DNA of 64,000 bases from Candidatus Pacearchaeota archaeon (lineage in GTDB: Bacteria; Patescibacteriota; Minisyncoccia; Minisyncoccales; UBA5738). Location of the stretch: NCBI GenBank assembly GCA_035362275.1, contig DAOSDI010000002.1, positions 2,232 through 66,231 on the forward strand. The letters run 5' to 3'. Below are positions 51,333 through 60,598 of this stretch, one piece after another (within the stretch, counting starts at the first letter, position 1; each line of letters opens with the position of its first letter). Below the pieces are notes generated by a model that saw only the letters and a list, made by a program, of their open reading frames with translations, was not told where the DNA came from and did not search any database. The translations under genes and the position numbers were made by a program.

Positions 51333-51581
51333 TCATTTTTCTTTTTTCAAGGCGGCAATTTCCTCTTTCACCGCTTTCAATTCTTCTTCCAGCATTTCCG
51401 CTTCGTCTTCCAACGCCGCCATTTCGTTTCTGGGAGAAATGAATCTCCGGCGGCCAAATCCCATCATTCCGCATCCGAATCCATAACCGCCGCCCCATCC
51501 CATTCCCCCGCCGCAAGGACCCATTCCCCTGCCGGTGCGCGCGCCTTGGCCCATCGGGCCGGTTTGGTCAAATCTCGGCAT
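51333..51581 (-). CDS. DUF5320 family protein
   Basis: MPRFDQTGPMGQGARTGRGMGPCGGG..., then a Gly-rich stretch, then a C-terminal coiled coil LEDEAEMLEEELKAVKEEIAALKKEK. Confidence 0.7.
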   Translation of the reverse strand: MPRFDQTGPMGQGARTGRGMGPCGGGMGWGGGYGFGCGMMGFGRRRFISPRNEMAALEDEAEMLEEELKAVKEEIAALKKEK

Positions 51582-51754
51582 AATTTTTAATTTGAATTTT
51601 TTTTGGAAATTTCAAATTGATTAGCGTTTCACGCTCCGACCTTTGTTTTATCCTCCTGTTTTGAATATATATTCATAACAACATCTTGTCAAGCTCTCGC
51701 GTCTTCATTCGCAAAAGCAAAATATCCCACCGCTCCGGCCGCAAATAATAGCAA

Positions 51755-52585
51755 TCATTTTCTTGCTCCGATTTTAAATGATTCCACGCCTTTCAAGTAT
51801 TTTGCGAACATATAAAAATGGGGCAAGATAATGCTTAGATAAAAAATTGTCACAACCGCAATATCAGCATCGTAACTTTTAAATATCAACATTCCCAATA
51901 ACGTAAGCAGCATTCCATAACCAATTCTAATAATGATATTTATCGCAACCAATTGCGACAATCCATCATTATTGTTTGCCAGCCGCAAAATGATTAACAG
52001 GATCATTAATGGATAAATAATCAAACCAACGACGAATAATGGTTCGTCAAAAAAATTAACAAATAGCAATGCCAAGCCAAACACCAGCAAAATTAAACTT
52101 GCCTGATAATTTTTATTTTTGTTTTTTTCAAAAAAATCTTTCACGCCGGTTTTAGCCAGAAAAAAGGCAGCCAGCGTTAAAATCATAATAAAATCATCGG
52201 CTTTTATTCCCCGAAAAACTGCTAATGCTCCGATTAAATAAGGAATTATCACGTAATTTGCCGTCAAATAAAACGGGGCGATATTACTTGAAGATAATTT
52301 CAATTGCGGCAACGCATAAGCGATATTCATAATAAATATTAAAAAAAGAAGTGCCCCAATTCCTTTTCCCAAAAAAAATCCCATGGTAGCTCCCATCAAA
52401 AACAATAGAATTGATAGCGGGTATTTTCTATTTTTTACGCCCAACGCAATAATTTCCGCACAAAGAAAAATCGTCGCCAAACAAAAAAACGGCGGCCTTA
52501 TCAGATTGTCGCCATTGCCAATCGCGCCAAAAAGCATGAATAAAGCCGAAATCAACGCAGACTGAATTCTTCCTGCCGTCCTCAT
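51755..52585 (-). CDS. Hypothetical polytopic membrane protein
   Basis: About 8 hydrophobic segments in an AT-rich gene. I recognise no signature motif. Confidence 0.45.
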   Translation of the reverse strand: MRTAGRIQSALISALFMLFGAIGNGDNLIRPPFFCLATIFLCAEIIALGVKNRKYPLSILLFLMGATMGFFLGKGIGALLFLIFIMNIAYALPQLKLSSSNIAPFYLTANYVIIPYLIGALAVFRGIKADDFIMILTLAAFFLAKTGVKDFFEKNKNKNYQASLILLVFGLALLFVNFFDEPLFVVGLIIYPLMILLIILRLANNNDGLSQLVAINIIIRIGYGMLLTLLGMLIFKSYDADIAVVTIFYLSIILPHFYMFAKYLKGVESFKIGARK

Positions 52586-53481
52586 TTAACTGTCTTAAAT
52601 GTCCAAATGCTTGCAAGGGTATTGATATAAACAACCCAAATCACGTTATAGGCAACCGCCAAACAAACCATGATCCAGAAAAAACTTGCCAACAAAGAAG
52701 CATTTTTTAAATTAATTGCTTCCCTTTTGATTTCATGGAACGTCGCAATGCAAACTATAAGGGCGGCCGCGATAAAGATTGCAAACCACTCCACCAAATT
52801 AGAGCCAACATTAAAAATATCAAAAAGATATATGTGAAAAAAGAAGACTGGTAAAAGGGCGTGGTAAAAAATATCACGAATATCTGTTAAAAACGCATAA
52901 TGAATATCAAGGTATCCGGCCAACACAATGCCATAAAATAATAAAATTCCCAGCGGAAGGGCAAAAACTCTGATTAAATTTTCAACTTTTGCGCCAAATT
53001 TTAGATTTGATATCGACTTAATCTCAAGTTTATGAGCTGAATAAATAGCGCTCAAAATGAATATGGTAAAAATAATCGCGCCAGCGGCAACAAACAAATT
53101 TTCCGGACCGTTATTTGGATCAAAACCGACCAAACCGGTGTGTATCTCTTGAAAATATAAAAGATATGGGGATAATATAAATTTTGCCAGCAAAAAAAAT
53201 GAAATAAAGGCTAGCGTCAAAGCCAGCTTGATTTCATCTAATTTTATCATTCGGCCAACATATTTAAGAAAAAGAAAAGTGATGAAAATCAAAAACAGCC
53301 CCGTGATGGATAGTTGCAAAATTGTTGGCTTGCTTCCCTCCGCTAATTTTTCCGCTATATGTGGAAAAATAACCGCGGACGTTATACCAACAAACATGAA
53401 AATTCCCAATGCCAACCATAAAGTTGCCGCAATTGGAATTTTAATTTTAGGATGTATGTTTATGATTTTCATAGGTTTCAA
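52582..53481 (-). CDS. Hypothetical polytopic membrane protein
   Basis: About 8-9 hydrophobic segments. It overlaps the downstream gene by 4 nt (ATGA-type coupling) and is AT-rich. Confidence 0.45.
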   Translation of the reverse strand: MKPMKIINIHPKIKIPIAATLWLALGIFMFVGITSAVIFPHIAEKLAEGSKPTILQLSITGLFLIFITFLFLKYVGRMIKLDEIKLALTLAFISFFLLAKFILSPYLLYFQEIHTGLVGFDPNNGPENLFVAAGAIIFTIFILSAIYSAHKLEIKSISNLKFGAKVENLIRVFALPLGILLFYGIVLAGYLDIHYAFLTDIRDIFYHALLPVFFFHIYLFDIFNVGSNLVEWFAIFIAAALIVCIATFHEIKREAINLKNASLLASFFWIMVCLAVAYNVIWVVYINTLASIWTFKTVK

Positions 53482-53554
53482 GCGCTATTAGCTTTTCGAT
53501 CAGTTGATTGCGCATTATGCCTGTAATGAATTAATTTTAATTTAACATTAAAAT

Positions 53555-54652
53555 TCAAATACTTAAATTTGGTTTAGAAATTAAATCTTGCGGAGTAACA
53601 ACCGCTTGATCGCGGCGAAAAGCAAAATACCCCGCCACTCCGGCCATGGCCGCGTTATCCACCGACAGATCAACCGCCGGCGACAAAAATCTGATTTCCA
53701 ATTCATCGGCCGCTTTTTGCATCGCCTGGCGCAACACCAGATTCGCGCTCACCCCCCCGCCGATAATGATTGACCTGGCGGCAAATTCTTTTGCCGCGCG
53801 GGCGGTTTTGGAAACCAAAACTTCCGCAATCGCCTGCTGGATTTCATAACTCATCGCTTGCAAATATTCCGGCATTTTCTTGGTTTTTTCGGTTTGCTTT
53901 TGGTGAAAATACAAAATTGCGGTTTTCAACCCCGAAAAACTGAAATTATAATTCTTTTGCCCCATCATCGGCCGCGGAAGCTTAACCGTCAGGGGTTCAA
54001 CCCCTGTAAGTTTAACAGGGGTTGAACCCCTGTAAGTTTGGGCGAGTTTGGCGATTTCCGGGCCGCCCGGATAGCCCAGCCCCAAAATCCGGGCCGCTTT
54101 GTCAAAGCACTCGCCCGCCGCATCGTCAACGGTCTGACCCAGCAGTTTATAGTCGCCGATCCCCGTTGCTAAAAACAACAGCGTGTGCCCGCCCGAAACC
54201 ACCAGGCAAATTGCCGGCAGGTAATTTTTCGCGAATTCATCCTCACCAATTCCCAAGGTGAGTAAATTCGCCAAAAAATGCGCTTCCAGATGATTGACGC
54301 CCGCCAGTGGCAGGTTATATTTTTTTGCCAATTTTTGGGCAAAATTTATGCCCGTCCACAAGCAAGGGTCCAATCCCGGACCCTTGGTCACGCCAATGAA
54401 TTTGATTTTGGCAACATCGATTTTTTTTATCGCCTGCTCAAAAACCACCGGCAGATTTTTTTGATGCTCCCGCTTGGCCAAGAACGGATAAACTCCGCCA
54501 TAGCCGGCGTGCAATTCCGTTTGCGAAGAAACGACATTTGATAGCGCCTCGATTTTTTTCAACCTGCCCTTGCCGTCCTCCTTTGCGCGCAAAACGCTCA
54601 CCGAGGTGTCGTCGCAGGAAGTCTCAACGGCAAGAAAATATGTTTCATTCAT
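53555..54652 (-). CDS. tsaD: tRNA N6-adenosine threonylcarbamoyltransferase TsaD
   Basis: LAVETSCDDTSVSVL, GVNHLEAHF, FSFSGLKTA and IIGGGVSANLVLRQ. I use the ATG at 54652 (MNETYFLAVETS). Confidence 0.9.
   Translation of the reverse strand: MNETYFLAVETSCDDTSVSVLRAKEDGKGRLKKIEALSNVVSSQTELHAGYGGVYPFLAKREHQKNLPVVFEQAIKKIDVAKIKFIGVTKGPGLDPCLWTGINFAQKLAKKYNLPLAGVNHLEAHFLANLLTLGIGEDEFAKNYLPAICLVVSGGHTLLFLATGIGDYKLLGQTVDDAAGECFDKAARILGLGYPGGPEIAKLAQTYRGSTPVKLTGVEPLTVKLPRPMMGQKNYNFSFSGLKTAILYFHQKQTEKTKKMPEYLQAMSYEIQQAIAEVLVSKTARAAKEFAARSIIIGGGVSANLVLRQAMQKAADELEIRFLSPAVDLSVDNAAMAGVAGYFAFRRDQAVVTPQDLISKPNLSI
53988..54039. repeat. Dimer of the CAGGGGTTSAACCCCTG palindrome inserted in frame in tsaD
   Basis: GTCAGGGGTTCAACCCCTGTAAGTTT followed by AACAGGGGTTGAACCCCTGTAAGTTT (26-nt period, loop flipped TTCAA/TTGAA). 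On the minus strand it is translated as YRGSTPVKLTGVEPLTVK. Confidence 0.85.
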
Positions 54653-54787
54653 AAATGTCAAAATCAAAATGACAAATAACAAATAAAATCCAGAATCCAA
54701 ATGTCAAATATCAAAACGGGATACGGGAATTCGATTTGATCTTTGAGCTTTGGATTTGATTTGAAATTTGAGCTTTGACATTTTGAT

Positions 54788-55735
54788 TTATTTTACCACC
54801 TCAATCGCGAGTTTCACTGCCCCGACAACCGGATCGGCGGCAAACACAAAATCAAATTTATTCGGATAGCGCCGTTCAATCTCATTGGCCGCGGCATCGG
54901 CCACCCAGCGCGACTTGTAGACTCCGCCCACCAGCACCAGCGGCACCTGCCCGTCAAAATCAAGCCTTTGCGCCGCCGCGATTACCGCCCGCGCAATTTC
55001 AATTCCGGCGGCAATCAAAATTTCTTGCGCAATTTTGTCTTTTCGGCTGGCCGCGCGATCGCATATCGGCGCCAATCCGGGCAAATCAACCGGCGAATCC
55101 ATATAAAGAAATTTTAATAAATTGTTTATTTCTTTAAATTTGTATTTTTTAAACACCAAATCCGATAAAATCGTTTTTTGCCCTCTGCCATCCAAATCTT
55201 CCGCTACCGCCTCCATCACTTTATTGCCGATCCATATCGCCGATCCCTTACTCACCCAACCCTGATTATTAACCAAAGCCTCTTTTTTGCCGTTCCAGCC
55301 GTGAACGGCGCTTCCGGTGCCGCAAATGGCCACGATACCGTCTTTAGCATAACTGCCCGCGCGAAACGCCACCGACTGGTCCGACCCGATGGCAACTTTG
55401 CCCTTAAAAATTTGAGCGATTTTTTTATGTTTTTTCAGCTCGCGGATTATCGCCGGCTTTTTATTCTTATATTCCTCTTCCGTCGCCGGCAAGCCGATAA
55501 AAACAGAAGCGATTTTAATGTTTTTCCGCCGCTTTATCAGATCGTATATCGCCTTTACAACATTTTCCGCCGCCAATTCTATGCCAAAATCGCGCACGCT
55601 TGACCCGCCCGAAACCGCCCGCGCCACAATCTTGCCGTCCAAATCCGCCAAAGCCGCGGCAGTCTTGGTTCCTCCCCCGTCAACTCCGATCACGAAATTC
55701 CCAACATTGAGCCTTGAACTTTGAACTTTAACCAT
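54788..55735 (-). CDS. BadF/BadG/BcrA/BcrD-type ATPase, N-acetylglucosamine kinase-like
   Basis: VIGVDGGGTKTAAALADLDGKIVA phosphate-1 motif, AICGTGSAVHG and LVLVGGV. Confidence 0.65.
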   Translation of the reverse strand: MVKVQSSRLNVGNFVIGVDGGGTKTAAALADLDGKIVARAVSGGSSVRDFGIELAAENVVKAIYDLIKRRKNIKIASVFIGLPATEEEYKNKKPAIIRELKKHKKIAQIFKGKVAIGSDQSVAFRAGSYAKDGIVAICGTGSAVHGWNGKKEALVNNQGWVSKGSAIWIGNKVMEAVAEDLDGRGQKTILSDLVFKKYKFKEINNLLKFLYMDSPVDLPGLAPICDRAASRKDKIAQEILIAAGIEIARAVIAAAQRLDFDGQVPLVLVGGVYKSRWVADAAANEIERRYPNKFDFVFAADPVVGAVKLAIEVVK

Positions 55736-55848
55736 TTTATCATTTTTATAATTGATAATTTATCATTGATAATTGAATTTACTATCATTCTACCACACCT
55801 CACCTCCGCATAAAAAAAGAAGGCGCAATGCAAAACAATGGCCATACT

Positions 55849-55992
55849 TTAACGAACCAATATGATGGTCGCTATCTCTTGAGTTTCCGAAAGAACTATC
55901 AGCGTTGCCACGAGGCTACATCCAGAGAAAATTTGATCGCTAAGCATTTCTACATCTTCCTGTGGACATATCGCACTTAAAATATCTATCAT
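55849..55992 (-). CDS. Candidate small ORF (47 aa)
   Basis: Not in the ORF track (<60 aa). MIDILSAICPQEDVEMLSDQIFSGCSLVATLIVLSETQEIATIILVR is preceded by an AGGGAGAAAG SD-like sequence and follows a terminator hairpin. Support is weak. Confidence 0.25.
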   Translation of the reverse strand: MIDILSAICPQEDVEMLSDQIFSGCSLVATLIVLSETQEIATIILVR

Positions 55993-56007
55993 TTTCACTT
56001 TCTCCCT

Positions 56008-56042
56008 AAAACAAAACACAACGCACGGATTATCTCCGTGGT
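56008..56042 (-). terminator. Rho-independent terminator after the GlmU-like gene
   Basis: The minus strand reads CACGGA-GATAA-TCCGTG followed by CGTTGTGTTTTGTTTT. Confidence 0.55.
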
Positions 56043-56088
56043 TTGATTTTGTTTGACATTATTTGCGTAGCATATTCTGACCCAAAAG

Positions 56089-57369
56089 TCAAATTTTTTG
56101 GTTGTCGTCAAGGTTGTGCGAGATTGTCTCGCCGGCGGCAATTTGGCAGTTTTTGCCGATGAAACGGGCCGGCAGAATGGTGACGCGTGCGCCGATTTTT
56201 GAGTTTTGGCCCGCGATTGTTCCCAAGGCCTTTAAACCGGTGTCCACTTTGGCCAAGACTTTGACGCCGTCTTTTTCTTTTTTCACCCGCGCGGATATTT
56301 GCCCCCGATCCAGCCGCACATTGGCCGTGATCGCGCCCGCGCCGACCCGCACTCCCCGATCCAGAATTGAATCGCCGATATATCCCGAATGGATATGGAC
56401 ATCGGGCTGGAAAATCGTGCGCGCCGCCTCGCAGAGCGCGCCCACCATCGCGCCCGCTTCCAAATTGCAATTGTCGCGCACCACGCTGTTATTGCCGATA
56501 ACGGAATTGTCGCCGATATAGCAAGGCCCCTTGATAACCGCGCCTTCGTAAATTTTGCAATTTTCGCCGATATGAACATTGCCTTCAATCACCGCGTTTT
56601 TGGCAATTCGCGCGGATTTGGCAATCTGTTTTTTTTCCAGATACTTATCAAAAAGATATTTTTGCGCGTCAAACAAATGCCATGGATATTTCAACGACAC
56701 GCTTTGATAATCGCTGTCCAAAATCACGATGCGCGCATCGTTTTCTTTGGCATAATGCGACATTGCCACTTCAAATTCTTCGTTTTGGTTGGCGCTCCCC
56801 AAAACTTTTCCAATATATCCAAAAATTTTATTGTCCAGCAAATAAACTCCCGTCACTTTGATTTTTGACGGTTCCTTGCCTTCGGCCGGTTTTTCCATCA
56901 CTTCCAAAACCTTGTCGCCGTCCAATCGCGCAATGCCATAAAGCCAGGTTTTATCGGTCTCTTGTCCGGCCAGCACCATTTTGGCGCCGGTTTGCCGGCT
57001 TTTGTCCAGCATTCCGGCCGCGATTTCCTGGCAATCAATCCGACCGGCGTTCAACACGAAAAATTGGCCGGCAATATGATCTTTGGCGCTCATTATCGCG
57101 TCGCCCATGCCTTTGGGTTCTTGCTGGATCGCGTATTTGATGTCTTTTAGATTAAATTCCTTCAATCCCTCTTCAACATTCCGGCTCGCCCCCTGCACCA
57201 CCACAATATCTTTCACGCCAATCCGGCGCAAACCGTCGATCGTATACCAAATCAGCGGCTTGCCCATAATTTGCAACAAACTTTTGTGCTTTGAATTCAG
57301 CGGCCAAAACCGCGACGATTCCCCCGCGGCCAAAATCACGGCCTGCAATTGATTGTTTTTATCTGCCAT
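56089..57369 (-). CDS. Bifunctional sugar-1-phosphate nucleotidyltransferase / left-handed beta-helix acyltransferase (GlmU-like)
   Basis: AVILAAGESSRFWPLNSKHKSLLQIMGKPLI (NTP_transferase) plus C-terminal hexapeptide repeats. The ORF-track start at 57387 is GTG, so I use the ATG at 57369. Confidence 0.75.
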   Translation of the reverse strand: MADKNNQLQAVILAAGESSRFWPLNSKHKSLLQIMGKPLIWYTIDGLRRIGVKDIVVVQGASRNVEEGLKEFNLKDIKYAIQQEPKGMGDAIMSAKDHIAGQFFVLNAGRIDCQEIAAGMLDKSRQTGAKMVLAGQETDKTWLYGIARLDGDKVLEVMEKPAEGKEPSKIKVTGVYLLDNKIFGYIGKVLGSANQNEEFEVAMSHYAKENDARIVILDSDYQSVSLKYPWHLFDAQKYLFDKYLEKKQIAKSARIAKNAVIEGNVHIGENCKIYEGAVIKGPCYIGDNSVIGNNSVVRDNCNLEAGAMVGALCEAARTIFQPDVHIHSGYIGDSILDRGVRVGAGAITANVRLDRGQISARVKKEKDGVKVLAKVDTGLKALGTIAGQNSKIGARVTILPARFIGKNCQIAAGETISHNLDDNQKI

Positions 57370-57397
57370 TTGTCGTTTATTATTCACCGCTTATCAT

Positions 57398-58387
57398 TTA
57401 CCGCTTATAGTTGATGAGTTTAAAAATTTCCCGGACGACTTTTTTGGGATCATAGGCAAATTCATCTTTCTTCAGAATATCGGCGCCGATAAATTTATCT
57501 TTGGATAAGTCGTTATCTATTTTTATCGGTTCACAAATCATCGATTCTTTTTTTTCATATTCAGCCAGCATATCCTCATCAACCGGCTTGTTGTGATACA
57601 AAATATAATCCAAATCCGATCTCATGTATTTTTCCACTTCGGCGGCAAAAGTTCCAATAGAAAATCCGTGAGTTTCGCCTTTGCGCGAAACCGAATTGCT
57701 GATCAATATCTTTTTACCTTTGGCCTTTTTGAAAGCGGCCGGCGCGTCTTTAGGCAAAAAACACGGAACCGTGCTGGAATACAAATCTCCCGGACCAATC
57801 AAAATAAGATCCGCTTCCGAGATCGCTTTTTTCGCTTCGGGGAAAATTTTACCCCCCGGTTTTTGGAAAATTTTTTTGATTTTCAAATTCGCGTCATGAT
57901 TGCCCGCCAGTTCTATTTCCTGTTCGCCTTCAATAACGCTGCCATCCTCCAATTCGGCAATAATATTTGTTTTATCAACGGTCATGGGCAACGCGCGGTT
58001 GTTTTTGAGTTCCATAAATTCCGAAACGATCGCCATGGCTTTTTTATGGCTTTTTAGATTCCATTCCAAACCGGCAATGAACGCATTGCCAAATGATTGC
58101 CCCTTATGCCAAGCGCCGTAAAATTCATCGCCAAAACGAAATTGCCACAAATCCTTTTTCCATTTGGGCGCGTTGGAAAGCGCCAGAACATGGCGGCGAA
58201 TATCTCCCGGCGACAATACATCAAATTGCCGGCGAAACACGCTGGCCGCGCCGCCGCTATCCACCATGGAAGTGATACCGGTCAATAAAACCGGATAAGA
58301 TTTTAGCGGCTCCAGCAAAACTTTGGGCACCAGATTACCTCCGCCCAAGCAAACGATCTTGAGTTTTTTGTTTTTTTGGGCGGCCAT
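57398..58387 (-). CDS. YvcK/CofD-family (UPF0052, gluconeogenesis factor-like) protein
   Basis: KIVCLGGGNLVPKVL...ITSMVDSGGAASVFRRQFDVLSPGDIRRHVLAL and LILIGPGDLYSS. I use the ATG at 58387 because the ORF-track start at 58393 is TTG. Confidence 0.65.
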   Translation of the reverse strand: MAAQKNKKLKIVCLGGGNLVPKVLLEPLKSYPVLLTGITSMVDSGGAASVFRRQFDVLSPGDIRRHVLALSNAPKWKKDLWQFRFGDEFYGAWHKGQSFGNAFIAGLEWNLKSHKKAMAIVSEFMELKNNRALPMTVDKTNIIAELEDGSVIEGEQEIELAGNHDANLKIKKIFQKPGGKIFPEAKKAISEADLILIGPGDLYSSTVPCFLPKDAPAAFKKAKGKKILISNSVSRKGETHGFSIGTFAAEVEKYMRSDLDYILYHNKPVDEDMLAEYEKKESMICEPIKIDNDLSKDKFIGADILKKDEFAYDPKKVVREIFKLINYKR

Positions 58388-58450
58388 AGACAAAATCAGA
58401 GTTATTCCTTAGAATGTATGATACTCTAAAAATACCTTAAATTCAATCTC

Positions 58451-59716
58451 ATGCCACAAAAATTTTTAGTCAAAGGCGGCAATCCGCTCAAAGGCCAAGT
58501 AATGATTTCCGGTTATAAAAACAGCGCCGGCCCGGTTTTGGCGGCCGCGCTGTTATCCGAAGAACCATCCACCATTTCCAATTTACCGCTGGTCACCGAT
58601 GTCCTCAACCAAATTGAAATAATGGAACAGATCGGTTGCGAGGTTGAATGGCTGGACGACCACACCGTCAAAATCAATGCTAAAAATCTTGACCCGCAAA
58701 AAATACCGTTTGGCGTGTTCCAAAAAATGCGGGTCTCGGTTTTGCTCATCGGCCCCCTGCTGGCGCGTTTCCGAAGTTTCCGGGTTCCCCATCCGGGCGG
58801 CGATAAGATCGGCTTGCGGTCAATTTCCACTCACCTTGACGCTTTTGAACAATTCGGCATCAAGGTCTGGCGGGAAAACGATTCCTATTGCTTTGAAGCG
58901 CCCAAAGAACTGAAACCCGCGCATATTATTCTGAAAGAATTTTCCGTCACCGCCACCGAAAACGCGATGATGCTCGCCGCCGGCATTGAAGGCAAATCAG
59001 TCATTGAGATCGCCGCCGCCGAGCCGCAAGTCCAAGACTTGATAACCATGCTGGAAAGCATGGGCGCAAAAATCCGCTGGAGCCAGCCCCATACTCTGGA
59101 AATCCAAGGTTCAACGAAATTATCCGGCGCCGGCCACTCTGTTTGTCCCGATCCGCTGGAAACCGGCACTTTTATGATCGCGCTGGCCGCCACCGGCGGC
59201 CAGGGTAAAATAACCAATACCAACCCCAAGGTTCTCACTTTTTTCTTGGAAAAAATGAAAGAGATCGGCGTAAATTTCACCGCCACCGACGATTCAATCA
59301 CCGTCAATCCGTCGGGCAATTTCAAAGCCGCGCGCGTGCAAGTAATGATTTACCCGGGATTCCCCACCGACCTTCAGCCGCAAATTTCGGTTTTACTCAC
59401 GCAAGCCACCGGAAAAGCCGTCATCAACGAACCGCTCTATGAAAATCGCCTGCGCCACTTTGAAGAATTGCGCAAAATGGGCGGCGACATTGAAATCACC
59501 GACCCGCACCGGGCGCTGATCTTCGGCAAAACCGAACTGTTCGGAACCACCGTGGACGCTTCCGACATCCGCTCCGGCACCGCCCTCACCCTGGCCGCAA
59601 TCATCGCCAAAGGCCAAACGATTGTGGAAAACATCGCCAACCTTGAACGCGGCTCGGAAAAATTTGACGAAAAACTCCGCTCGCTGGGCGCCGACATTGA
59701 AAAGATCGGCGAATAA
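58451..59716 (+). CDS. murA: UDP-N-acetylglucosamine 1-carboxyvinyltransferase MurA (Asp at the active-site Cys position)
   Basis: KGGNPLKGQVMISGYKNSAGPVLAAALL at the N-terminus, VPHPGGDKIGLRSISTHL loop and YPGFPTDLQPQ. Confidence 0.95.
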   Translation: MPQKFLVKGGNPLKGQVMISGYKNSAGPVLAAALLSEEPSTISNLPLVTDVLNQIEIMEQIGCEVEWLDDHTVKINAKNLDPQKIPFGVFQKMRVSVLLIGPLLARFRSFRVPHPGGDKIGLRSISTHLDAFEQFGIKVWRENDSYCFEAPKELKPAHIILKEFSVTATENAMMLAAGIEGKSVIEIAAAEPQVQDLITMLESMGAKIRWSQPHTLEIQGSTKLSGAGHSVCPDPLETGTFMIALAATGGQGKITNTNPKVLTFFLEKMKEIGVNFTATDDSITVNPSGNFKAARVQVMIYPGFPTDLQPQISVLLTQATGKAVINEPLYENRLRHFEELRKMGGDIEITDPHRALIFGKTELFGTTVDASDIRSGTALTLAAIIAKGQTIVENIANLERGSEKFDEKLRSLGADIEKIGE

Positions 59717-59734
59717 ATTCCAAGATTCAAGATC

Positions 59735-59762
59735 AAAAATCCGGCGAGTGCCGGATTTTTTA
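59735..59762 (+). terminator. Rho-independent terminator after murA
   Basis: AAAAATCCGGC-GAGT-GCCGGATTTTTT, 19 nt after the stop codon. Confidence 0.75.
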
Positions 59763-59772
59763 ATTTTGCATT

Positions 59773-59862
59773 GTAGGGCAACCCTTGCTTGTCTCGCAGT
59801 AGCTTTAGCGAAGGCGGATGGTTGCCCGAATTGAAAAGGGCGGGCACAAGGCCCGCCCCTAC
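59773..59862 (+). repeat. 90-nt GTAG...CTAC-bounded structured repeat (copy 2)
   Basis: GTAGGGCAACCCTTGCTTGTCTCGCAGTAGCTTTAGCGAAGGCGGATGGTTGCCCGAATTGAAAAGGGCGGGCACAAGGCCCGCCCCTAC is colinear with 47452-47541. Confidence 0.75.
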
Positions 59863-59867
59863 AAGAT

Positions 59868-60503
59868 TTACAACTCTGTAAATTTTTTCGCTAATTCCCA
59901 CGCTTTCACATTCACATCCAGATGCTTGGGCGCCACCGATGACTTGATCGCTTCCAGCATGGTCTCGGGCACCAGCGGGATCATTTTCTTGAATGCCGCC
60001 ACGCACAGCAGATAAACTCCCGATACCGCGGCCGTTCCCAATTCTTTTTGGCAAATGCCGGCGGCGTCAATCACTTCAATTTTTTTGGTGAATTTTTTCA
60101 AGTTGCCGATTATTTCCTCCTCGGCCAGCAACGGCTTGCCCGGGATAGCCACTTCAGTCTTATTTATGAGGTACTGCGTTTGCGGTCCGCTAAAATACGC
60201 CGCCTTTAAGCATTCCTGCATTTCCAGCCCCACGATCAAATCCGCCTTCTTTGCTTCCACCAGCGGCGAAAAAACCTTCTTGCCGAATTTGATGTGCACC
60301 TCCACCGATCCGCCCCGCTGGGACAGCCCGTGCAATTCCGAAGTCTTGGCATCCAGCCCGTTTTTCAGCGCCGCGTCCGACAAAATTTCCAGCAAAGTGA
60401 TCAGCCCCTGCCCGCCCGTGCCCACAATGACGCAATTAAACACTTTGTTATTTTTTTTTGTTTTAATTTCTTTTTTTGATTTGATATTTTTTTTGTTTGC
60501 CAT
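59868..60503 (-). CDS. iorB: Indolepyruvate/2-oxoacid:ferredoxin oxidoreductase beta (gamma-domain) subunit
   Basis: NCVIVGTGGQGLITLLEILSDAALKNGLDAKTSELHGLSQRGGSVEVHIKFG. Confidence 0.8.
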   Translation of the reverse strand: MANKKNIKSKKEIKTKKNNKVFNCVIVGTGGQGLITLLEILSDAALKNGLDAKTSELHGLSQRGGSVEVHIKFGKKVFSPLVEAKKADLIVGLEMQECLKAAYFSGPQTQYLINKTEVAIPGKPLLAEEEIIGNLKKFTKKIEVIDAAGICQKELGTAAVSGVYLLCVAAFKKMIPLVPETMLEAIKSSVAPKHLDVNVKAWELAKKFTEL

Positions 60504-60523
60504 AGCTTTTAAATTGATACTTC

Positions 60524-60552
60524 ATTCTATTAAAAATTATCAGATTTATCAA
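60524..60552 (-). promoter_or_regulatory. Sigma-70-like promoter candidate for iorB
   Basis: The minus strand reads TTGATA (60552-60547), a 17-nt spacer, then TAGAAT (60529-60524), 21 nt upstream of the iorB ATG. It follows a hairpin AGCACTGA-AAAAA-TCAGTGCT (60566-60586). Confidence 0.4.
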
Positions 60553-60598
60553 ATAAAAAAGTTAAAGCACTGAAAAAATCAGTGCTATTTAAAAAATA

